In this document: positions 1 to 7,026 of the stretch, one piece after another
How the letters are laid out: the number at the start of each line of letters is the position of its first letter
How positions within the stretch are numbered: the stretch's first letter is position 1
From: Promethearchaeota archaeon Loki_b32
Lineage (GTDB): Archaea; Asgardarchaeota; Lokiarchaeia; Sigyniarchaeales; SOKP01
Reading direction: 5' to 3'
NCBI GenBank assembly: GCA_005223125.1
Contig: NJBH01000048.1
Location: 1 to 21,657, forward strand
Length of the DNA: 21,657 nucleotides
Notes under the pieces: generated by a model
Databases searched by the model: none
Seen by the model: only the letters and a program-made list of their open reading frames with translations
Told to the model about the DNA's origin: nothing
Made by a program: the position numbers and the translations under genes

Positions 1-1
1 T

Positions 2-262
2 GAAAGTGGAGAATATGAATATGATACCTCTAAATTAGAAATTGGAATAGGAGATTTGGCATTTTATAGTATGCTAACTTCAAGTGCACTTGTTCAAACA
101 AATAATATAATAGTGATGATTTTAACTGCTGTTGCTATTATCATAGGAACGGGTATTACAATTTCAGGATTAAAAAGAAATAAGTTATTACCCGGTTTGC
201 CGATATCTATTTTTCTAGGGATCTGTACAATGTTATTTTCATGGTTTATTTTTACAATCTAA
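2..262 (+). CDS. Presenilin-family GxGD intramembrane aspartyl protease, C-terminal part (5' truncated by window edge)
   Basis: The frame is open from nt 2: ESGEYEYDTSKLEIGIGDLAFYSML...VAIIIGTGIT...LLPGLPISIFLG. GIGD (44-55) is the catalytic GxGD motif and PGLP (191-202) is the PAL motif. This is collinear with presenilin LGLGDFIFYSVL...VAILIGLCLT...LPALPISI. The ORF-track start at 56 is internal. Confidence 0.9.
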   Translation, partial: ESGEYEYDTSKLEIGIGDLAFYSMLTSSALVQTNNIIVMILTAVAIIIGTGITISGLKRNKLLPGLPISIFLGICTMLFSWFIFTI

Positions 263-357
263 GATCTTAAATGAGGATGCAAAAAATAGTATAATAAGAA
301 AATTTATTCTAAAATGATTCTTAACAACAACTTTTATTATCCTCTTAACTTATTAAA

Positions 358-365
358 TTTATAAA
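358..365 (+). promoter_or_regulatory. Putative TATA box for the dehydrogenase gene (probably leaderless transcript)
   Basis: TTTATAAA ends 25 nt before the ATG at 391, a typical archaeal spacing. The AT-rich background limits certainty. Confidence 0.4.
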
Positions 366-390
366 AAATAATAATGGTAAAGATGTTCTA

Positions 391-1575
391 ATGATTGATA
401 TTAGTAACTTTAAAGAATTTTCAGTTATAGGCGCTGGCACAATGGGTCGTGAGATTGCCCAAGTAGCGATCATGTCTAATCAATTTGAAAAAGTAAATTT
501 ATGGTCAAGAACTCAGAAAACATTAGATATCGCAGCCAATTTTATTGAAACTGGTCTTAAAAAATTAGAAACTAAAGGATTATTGGGAGAAAACTCTGCT
601 AAAAATCTTTTGGAAAAACTAGTTATAGAAAAAGATTTTGAAAAAGCTTCTAAAGCCGATTTTATAGTTGAGTCAGTACCAGAATTCATGGATCTTAAAC
701 AGTCAACTTTCAAAAAATTAGGAAATTTTGCTCAAGAACACACAATACTTGCTACAAATACATCTACAATGAGTATCACAGAAATAGCATCTAGTTCTGG
801 TAGACCTGATAAAGTAGTTGGTATGCATTTTTTTATACCTATACCCGTACTTGAATTGATTGAGCTTATTAGAGGTAAACAAACTTCCGATGAAACTTTT
901 GAAATTAGTGCTGCCATTGGTGAATCCCTTCCTTGCATTAGAGGAAAAAAATTTATTGCACGAATTGAAAAAGAAAGTCCGGGATTTATCGTTAATAGAT
1001 TAACGATTGCTAGTGGATCGTATATAGATTGGCTAACTGATATTGCGATGGAAAAAGGAATTCAATGGAAAGATCTTAATGAAGATCTTATTGTTCCAAA
1101 TCAAATGGGGATTCTAGCAAAAAGGGATTACTTAGGATTAGATGTAATTCGTAACGCTGCTAAATATTTTGAAGAAAAAATTTCTCCGGACTTTGCTACC
1201 GGAAAAGCTTTAACCAAACTAATTAATGAAGGTAATTTAGGAAGAAAAACGGGAAAAGGTTTTCTTGAATGGACCGAAGATGGAAGACCTATAACTCATG
1301 GAGCAAAAAGAGCTAACTTAGGGAATTTGGAGTGTTTCATGGCTCTTCAAATGAATGAAGGATGTAGGCTCTTAGAAGAAGGAATTGTTTCGAGTTATGA
1401 AACAATTGATAGGACTATGATTGCTGGAATGCGTTCGCGTGGTCCATTCGAATCTGGAATTGATAGATATCAAGAATGGTGCAAATTATTGGATGATTTT
1501 GCGGAAAATTCAGGGAAAACCTATTTTCGCCCATCTAAATTAATGCGATCAGGAGATTTTCTGAAATATAAGTGA
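391..1575 (+). CDS. 3-hydroxyacyl-CoA dehydrogenase family protein (NAD(P)-binding domain plus duplicated C-terminal domain)
   Basis: Motifs GAGTMG, ADFIVESVPE, LATNTST, GMHFF, PGFIVNR and GNLGRKTGKGF. A second C-domain follows (NEGCRLLEEG...IDRTM...GPF). Confidence 0.92.
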   Translation: MIDISNFKEFSVIGAGTMGREIAQVAIMSNQFEKVNLWSRTQKTLDIAANFIETGLKKLETKGLLGENSAKNLLEKLVIEKDFEKASKADFIVESVPEFMDLKQSTFKKLGNFAQEHTILATNTSTMSITEIASSSGRPDKVVGMHFFIPIPVLELIELIRGKQTSDETFEISAAIGESLPCIRGKKFIARIEKESPGFIVNRLTIASGSYIDWLTDIAMEKGIQWKDLNEDLIVPNQMGILAKRDYLGLDVIRNAAKYFEEKISPDFATGKALTKLINEGNLGRKTGKGFLEWTEDGRPITHGAKRANLGNLECFMALQMNEGCRLLEEGIVSSYETIDRTMIAGMRSRGPFESGIDRYQEWCKLLDDFAENSGKTYFRPSKLMRSGDFLKYK

Positions 1576-1680
1576 TACTTCAATGAACATTTTAGATAAA
1601 GAAAGAAATGTTAAATTCAAGTTCTTTTTTACTATTTACTAAAAAGAAAAAAACTCTAAATAAGCTTTATTGAATTATAA

Positions 1681-1959
1681 ATGTCTGAAAAAGAAGATGC
1701 ACCCATAACAGGGTTAGAAAAAATTATGGTTTATTTTAATGAAATTCTTGAAATAAATCATCCTATCGCTATTGCTAAAATTGTGGAAGATACAGGCTTT
1801 TCCTGGAGTTTTATTAAGAAAACATTAGCTAAAATAAAAGAAGAATACGATGGTTTCCATTTCGAAAAATCCGGAAGCACATGGATCATTTGGAAAGATC
1901 GAAATCATTTAATAAAAAAACTTGATGAAACATGCTCCCATTTATTAGATGAGCCTTAG
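1681..1959 (+). CDS. Small winged-helix (HTH)-like protein, putative DNA-binding regulator
   Basis: The 92-aa pattern 'PIAIAKIVEDTGFSWSFIKKTLAKI' is HTH-like and is followed by the beta-hairpin wing 'FHFEKSGSTWIIW'. Confidence 0.6.
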   Translation: MSEKEDAPITGLEKIMVYFNEILEINHPIAIAKIVEDTGFSWSFIKKTLAKIKEEYDGFHFEKSGSTWIIWKDRNHLIKKLDETCSHLLDEP

Positions 1960-1965
1960 AGGATG

Positions 1966-2166
1966 TTATTTTTCCTTTCTATACATAAAATTACTATTTT
2001 TTTCGACCTTATTTTGAATATATTTAAGTAACCATAGTAGTTCTTCTTTTGTACATCTATCTATTAAATCCAATAAATTTTCTGTCCAAGATTCTGTACA
2101 TTGTTCACATTCGAATACAAAATCAAGTTTTAATTGTGCTTTTTCACTGCTCATTATCTTCATCAT
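1966..2166 (-). CDS. Small hypothetical protein with a CxxC motif
   Basis: 66-aa ORF containing FECEQC followed by amphipathic helices. It fills the space between neighbours and is co-oriented with 2200..2430. Confidence 0.55.
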   Translation of the reverse strand: MMKIMSSEKAQLKLDFVFECEQCTESWTENLLDLIDRCTKEELLWLLKYIQNKVEKNSNFMYRKEK

Positions 2167-2199
2167 TAATGATCTTGATTTATTAAGAATGGAATTTAC

Positions 2200-2430
2200 T
2201 TAAAAATATAATCGACACCGAATACTCACAAAATCTTTTCTACTTATAGAGTACACATCTTTTGATTGCTCATATCTAAAATTTTTTACATTTAAGGGCA
2301 TACATTCCACAACTCTAAAAAACACTCTATTATCTTTTATCCATAAATGATCTACCATAATGCTGATTTTATCGGTTATTCCTGTGCTGTAAATTTGAAA
2401 TCCTGAAAGTGTTTGTAGTTTAGATTCCAT
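2200..2430 (-). CDS. Small hypothetical protein (beta-rich)
   Basis: 76-aa ATG-start ORF with normal composition and a TATA-like TTTAAATT about 25 nt upstream. No family recognised. Confidence 0.6.
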   Translation of the reverse strand: MESKLQTLSGFQIYSTGITDKISIMVDHLWIKDNRVFFRVVECMPLNVKNFRYEQSKDVYSISRKDFVSIRCRLYF

Positions 2431-2715
2431 ATCTTTTATTAATATATACTAATTTAAACCACAGTATTTAAAAAAAAAATAATTTGAGATGGAAAATTAT
2501 GGTACTTTTGTCTTTTTTAATTTTTGTCTCCCTCCTCCAAATAGCTTAAGTGCCATAAAAATCAATTCTTTCTCGATTTTGAGTTAAATGCTTTATCAAA
2601 TGGAATAAGATCGTCTGTTTTATACGATGGTCATTATTGAATCTCGAAGTGCTTATTTAAATATCACTAATTTTAGAATTTATCAAAAATGAGTCAAAAG
2701 AAAAATGTTTAATAT

Positions 2716-2735
2716 TAGTGTGAAATTTCACACTA
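2716..2735. promoter_or_regulatory. Perfect 20-bp palindrome TAGTGTGAAATTTCACACTA, putative transcription-factor operator
   Basis: Exact self-reverse-complement. It lies immediately downstream of TATA-like TTTAATAT (2708-2715), which has a purine-rich BRE-like run upstream, and 36 nt before the start at 2772. Confidence 0.7.
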
Positions 2736-2771
2736 TCACACAATCAAAAAAATTGAACATGGTTAAATTAA

Positions 2772-3716
2772 ATGAAAATTGAAAAATCGAGCCAAGATCT
2801 CGAAAATGAAGTGATCTATGCTGGTTTATGCATCCATTGTGGGAGTTGTAATGCTTTTTGTCCGCACATGGATTTTAACACAGAAAATGGAGAAGCCTAT
2901 GTCGTAGATGAATGTGCTGAAACCGTAGGTCTCTGTTATAATTCTTGTCCTAGAAGTTTTCTCCCTATATCAGAAATAGAACAAAAATTGTTTGGAAAAA
3001 CCCGTATTGATTTAGCTGTTGGAGTTTATAACGATATTATTCAAGTAAAATCAAAAAATAAAGATGACATTTTATACAATCTTGTTGTTGCTGCTTTTGA
3101 TGCTGGAATAGTAAAACACATGGTTTTAGGTGAACCAAAAAGTAAAAAACCCCCTGTTGCTTTCCCTGTTGTCGTTGATAATGCTAAAGACGCTAAACAA
3201 TACATACCAAAAGCTACAATGGATAATGCTGGACCTTTGATTACAGGAATTGGTCAAGCTTATAAAGCTTATAAGCGAGATATTGGAATCCTTGCTAATC
3301 CTTGTCATATACAAGGCCTTGCAAAGATTCTAGTCTCTGATTTTAATACTGGAGCAGAACATACTTCATTAAGAATAGCGTATGCTTGTTCTTCCGGAGG
3401 CATGACAGGCTGCAAATATTGTACTGATTTCTCTGGTGAATTTTCAGATATTTCCTACTCTCCATGGGGTGCTCCAAAAGGCTCTGGAGAAGCGTTATTA
3501 ATTATTCGAACCGAGACTGGTCAAAAGCTTGTTGATACTGCTGTTAAAAATAAATTGATCGAAATTACAGATTCAAATCCAAACTTATCAGAAATGAAGA
3601 GATTTCTAAATAAAAAACGTAAGAAAAATTTTCTAACCCTTCTTGGTAAAGATTTAATAGAAGCTAAGTATTTAAATCTTAACGTTGATGAGTTAAAAGA
3701 TATTCTTGAAGAGTAA
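2772..3716 (+). CDS. Coenzyme F420 hydrogenase/dehydrogenase beta-subunit (FrhB/FdhB)-like Fe-S protein with N-terminal ferredoxin domain, atypical
   Basis: CIHCGSCNAFCP and C...GLCYNSCPR ferredoxin motifs. FrhB-type motifs NPCH, GCKYCTDF..EFSDIS and LLIIRTETG. Confidence 0.85.
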   Translation: MKIEKSSQDLENEVIYAGLCIHCGSCNAFCPHMDFNTENGEAYVVDECAETVGLCYNSCPRSFLPISEIEQKLFGKTRIDLAVGVYNDIIQVKSKNKDDILYNLVVAAFDAGIVKHMVLGEPKSKKPPVAFPVVVDNAKDAKQYIPKATMDNAGPLITGIGQAYKAYKRDIGILANPCHIQGLAKILVSDFNTGAEHTSLRIAYACSSGGMTGCKYCTDFSGEFSDISYSPWGAPKGSGEALLIIRTETGQKLVDTAVKNKLIEITDSNPNLSEMKRFLNKKRKKNFLTLLGKDLIEAKYLNLNVDELKDILEE

Positions 3717-3723
3717 TATAATA

Positions 3724-3757
3724 AATTTTTCTATTATTTTTATTTCCTTTTATTTTA
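3724..3757 (+). terminator. T-rich tract after the FrhB-like gene, probable archaeal terminator
   Basis: Consecutive oligo-T runs directly after the stop codon, in a convergent intergenic gap. Confidence 0.35.
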
Positions 3758-3796
3758 ATCCTAATATTATTGCTCTAAAAAGAGTTATTATATTTA

Positions 3797-4324
3797 TTAA
3801 ATCATATCTCGTTTTTTAAGGATCGAACGAGTTAAGGTTTCGAAAAGCATCTTATTATTTTCACCACTCTTAGAGGAAGTCTCAAAAAAGTAGTCTAAAT
3901 TATATTTTTCTTTTAATTCTTCAGCATGTTCATTTTTTACACTTCTTCTAATGTCTGCTAAATCAAGTTTTTCTCCAACTAAGATAAATACAGGATTAAT
4001 GGCATTTTCATTGACAATATTAAACCATTCATCCAAACTATCAAAACTTGTTCGTCTTGTTATATCATAACAGAGTAAGCACCCAGTTGCTCCTCGAGAG
4101 TAATTAGGTAAAAATAATCTAAAACGCCTTTCCCCTGCAAAATCCCAAATTTGTAATCTAATATTAATATTATCAATATCGATGTCGTAAGTTGCCAAAT
4201 CTGTACCTATCGTTATCTTTTGAGGAATAAACTGTCCTGTTGTTAATCTCTGAATCATGGTACTTTTACCTACTCCTCCATCTCCCACGATAACAATTTT
4301 AAAGAGCATCTTTCGCTGAGCCAT
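3797..4324 (-). CDS. Rab/Ras-superfamily small GTPase (Asgard-type)
   Basis: G1 GDGGVGKST, G2 TIG, G3 WDFAGE, Rab-like 'RFR...YSRGA', G4 GEKLD, G5 ETSSK. No C-terminal Cys prenylation motif. Confidence 0.95.
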   Translation of the reverse strand: MAQRKMLFKIVIVGDGGVGKSTMIQRLTTGQFIPQKITIGTDLATYDIDIDNINIRLQIWDFAGERRFRLFLPNYSRGATGCLLCYDITRRTSFDSLDEWFNIVNENAINPVFILVGEKLDLADIRRSVKNEHAEELKEKYNLDYFFETSSKSGENNKMLFETLTRSILKKRDMI

Positions 4325-4390
4325 GTTCCGGAACCTAATTCTTTTGAGGATATTATTTATAATAATATAAGTGATGATTTTAATAAATTT

Positions 4391-5266
4391 TTATTCACTA
4401 TTCAATTGTTTTTTAATTTTATTACTCAATGCTTTAAGGTTTTCAATTATTTTTATCTGTAAGTTTCTTGGTAGTGACTCAATAATCTTATCTAACTTTT
4501 CTTTACTAAAATTATTAACAGCTTTATAATTGAAAGTCAGTAGAATTATCGATAAAACTGGTGGAATGATAAGGATTCCAAAGAAAAAATATGAGAGAAT
4601 TATTGGTTGATAACTTGGAAGAAAATATTGCATACCCAGACTTGGAAAATTAATTAAAAGTACATTAAATATCAAATTGACAATGTTCAATATTATGAAT
4701 ATAAAGAATGTAATGAGAGAGCTTACCTTTAAATTTTTATATTTTAAGAAAGAGATGATATTTTTTAAATCTCTTGAGAATTGAGAATCAATCTTTTCCT
4801 CAAGTGGATCAGTTATAATTTCTATTTTTGTATACTTCCATAAATCAATAAAAATCCAAAAAAAAGCAAAAGTGTAAAAAAAAACAAAAAATCCTGTAAA
4901 ATATATCATGTAACTATCGATTAAATGAGGATTGTATAATGATTCAGCACCTAACCAGAAAATTAAGATTAATTGAAATAGTGAAGAGAAAAAAAATCGA
5001 TTTGCATTTATACGTTCTAAACCTAAAGGATTATAAATAACAAGACTATTTTCAAATTCAGTTTTATTCTTATTTGTATTAAGAATACGAAAAAATAGTG
5101 AAAATGTGAAAGTTATTAGGGGAAATAGCAATAAGAAGATATTATCCCATGCTTGGCTGATTATTATTAGAAAGAGGAACATGAATAAAATTATATCTCG
5201 TAGAAGACTCTCAGAGATTAAGTTTCTTAATGTCAAATGATGATTCTTATTATTTTTTTCGTTCAT
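4391..5266 (-). CDS. Hypothetical polytopic membrane protein (about 6 TM)
   Basis: 291-aa ORF with about six long hydrophobic stretches and a charged helical C-terminus. No family recognised. Confidence 0.75.
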   Translation of the reverse strand: MNEKNNKNHHLTLRNLISESLLRDIILFMFLFLIIISQAWDNIFLLLFPLITFTFSLFFRILNTNKNKTEFENSLVIYNPLGLERINANRFFFSSLFQLILIFWLGAESLYNPHLIDSYMIYFTGFFVFFYTFAFFWIFIDLWKYTKIEIITDPLEEKIDSQFSRDLKNIISFLKYKNLKVSSLITFFIFIILNIVNLIFNVLLINFPSLGMQYFLPSYQPIILSYFFFGILIIPPVLSIILLTFNYKAVNNFSKEKLDKIIESLPRNLQIKIIENLKALSNKIKKQLNSE

Positions 5267-5441
5267 TTTTTTATTAAAATATATGAAATAAATAAATTTT
5301 TACGATTTTAATCTAAAACATTATCATTGAGAATAAAAACCTTTGGCTCTTATTCAATAGCCAAAAAATTTTAATTAAGCATACTATTTTATTTCACTAT
5401 AAATCTCAAACATATTAATGCTGTAAGTGTGTGTAGAAATT

Positions 5442-6539
5442 ATGAGTAAAGAAATAAATGATATTAAAAAAACTGCGCTCTACGAGATTCATTTAAAACA
5501 TGGTGCCCGGATGGTTAGTTTTGCTGGATGGGAAATGCCAGTTCAATATGAAAGTATAATAAAGGAACATGAAGCAGTTCGTTCTTACGCGGGAATATTT
5601 GATATTTCGCATATGGGTGAATTTCTACTTGAAGGTAAAGATGTCATTGAATTTCTTCAATATATAATGATAAATGATTTAAAGTTATTGGAACCATCTA
5701 AAGGTCAATATTCTTGTATGTGTTATGAAAATGGAACAGTGATAGATGATCTTGTATATTATGAGGAAAACCCCGAGCGTTTTAGAATGATCGTTAATGC
5801 AGCTAATATTGAAAAAGACTTCCAATGGTTAACTGATCATTTAGAAGAATTTGATGTTAAAATCACAAATCTATCAATGAAAAGATCTCGAATAGCATTT
5901 CAAGGACCCAAAGCTGATGAAAATCTTCAACCCCTTGTGGATGTCGATCTTTCTCAAATTAACAGGTTTTATTTTGCCCATTGCAATATTCAAAGTAATC
6001 CTATCTTCATAGCAAGAACAGGGTACACCGGAGAACGAGGATTTGAAATCTCCTTTGAAAATGAATTCGCAGAAAAAATATGGAATTCACTACTAAATAC
6101 AGGAGCCAGTCCGGCAGGTTTAGGAGCGAGAGATTCGTTAAGATTAGAAGCTTGTTATTCTTTATATGGTCATGAGATAAGTAATTCTATAACTCCTGTT
6201 GAAGCCGGACTAAGTTGGTTAGTAAAACCAAAAGAAGGGATTGATTATATCGGAAAAGAAGTTTTAATGAACCAAAAATCTGAAGGAACTAAAAGAACTA
6301 TAGTTGGTCTTAACTTGGTTGACAAAGGTATTATTAGAGAGCATTTTAAGATATTTAAAAATGGTAACAATATTGGTTATGTTACTTCTGGAGGATATTC
6401 GCCTACACTAAAAAAAACTATAGGTTTAGGGCTTGTTGAGAAGCAGTATAGTGAAATAGGAACGAAAATTGAGATTGAAATTCGCAACAAACTCTTGGGG
6501 GGAGAAATTGTCACTACACCATTTTACAGAAATGTGTAA
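5442..6539 (+). CDS. gcvT: Glycine cleavage system T protein (aminomethyltransferase)
   Basis: Motifs FAGWEMPVQY, FDISHMG, RTGYTGERGFEI, GLGARDSLRLEA and VTSG.YSPTL. The ATG at 5442 is preferred over the GTG at 5427. Confidence 0.96.
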   Translation: MSKEINDIKKTALYEIHLKHGARMVSFAGWEMPVQYESIIKEHEAVRSYAGIFDISHMGEFLLEGKDVIEFLQYIMINDLKLLEPSKGQYSCMCYENGTVIDDLVYYEENPERFRMIVNAANIEKDFQWLTDHLEEFDVKITNLSMKRSRIAFQGPKADENLQPLVDVDLSQINRFYFAHCNIQSNPIFIARTGYTGERGFEISFENEFAEKIWNSLLNTGASPAGLGARDSLRLEACYSLYGHEISNSITPVEAGLSWLVKPKEGIDYIGKEVLMNQKSEGTKRTIVGLNLVDKGIIREHFKIFKNGNNIGYVTSGGYSPTLKKTIGLGLVEKQYSEIGTKIEIEIRNKLLGGEIVTTPFYRNV

Positions 6540-6563
6540 TAAACTATAAAATACAATGAAAAA

Positions 6564-6968
6564 GTGAAAATTATGGATTATGAATTTCCTGATGGTTTAA
6601 AATACGCAACAACACATGAATGGATAAGAATTGAAAATTCAATAGCAACAGTTGGAATTACTGACTATGCCCAACATCAATTTGGTGATATAGTATTTGT
6701 GGAACTCCCTGAAGTTGGTATGGTATTTGAAAAAGGAAGTAATGCTGCAGAAATTGAATCAGTAAAAGCTGTTGGTGATTTAATCATGCCATTATCAGGA
6801 GAAATTATTGGAGTAAACCAAAATCTTGCTGGTACTCCAGAACTTGTGAATTCTTCTCCATTTGTGGATGGATGGATGATAAAACTAGCGTTTTCTCACG
6901 CGAGTGAAATAGATGAGCTTTTATCTGTTGATAAATATAAACAAATAATCCAAAATGAAGAACATTAA
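6564..6968 (+). CDS. gcvH: Glycine cleavage system H protein (lipoyl carrier)
   Basis: Motifs THEW, VGITDYAQ..FGDIVFVELP, lipoyl-Lys motif IESVKA, and PELVNSSPFVDGW. The start may be the ATG at 6573. Confidence 0.96.
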   Translation: MKIMDYEFPDGLKYATTHEWIRIENSIATVGITDYAQHQFGDIVFVELPEVGMVFEKGSNAAEIESVKAVGDLIMPLSGEIIGVNQNLAGTPELVNSSPFVDGWMIKLAFSHASEIDELLSVDKYKQIIQNEEH

Positions 6969-7026
6969 TATTTTTTTCTTTAATGATTTAATTAATTCGT
7001 AATAAATTCTTAAGAGGGAATTTAGT

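Noticed and set aside
513-938. Minus-strand ORFs 513..713 and 732..938
   Set aside because: Antisense shadows inside the well-supported dehydrogenase gene, with no motifs.
2590-2636. SECIS-like look on the minus strand (ATGA...ATCGT-ATAAAACAG-ACGAT)
   Set aside because: The stem is only 5 bp, there is no correctly placed GA partner, and no gene here has an in-frame TGA at a Cys position. The TGA stops at 1573, 14115, 19141 and 20352 fall at natural protein ends.
3126-3314. 62-aa minus-strand ORF
   Set aside because: Antisense to the FrhB-like gene, no motifs.
5267-5441. Glycine riboswitch upstream of gcvT
   Set aside because: No recognisable aptamer consensus; the region is too AT-rich and unstructured.
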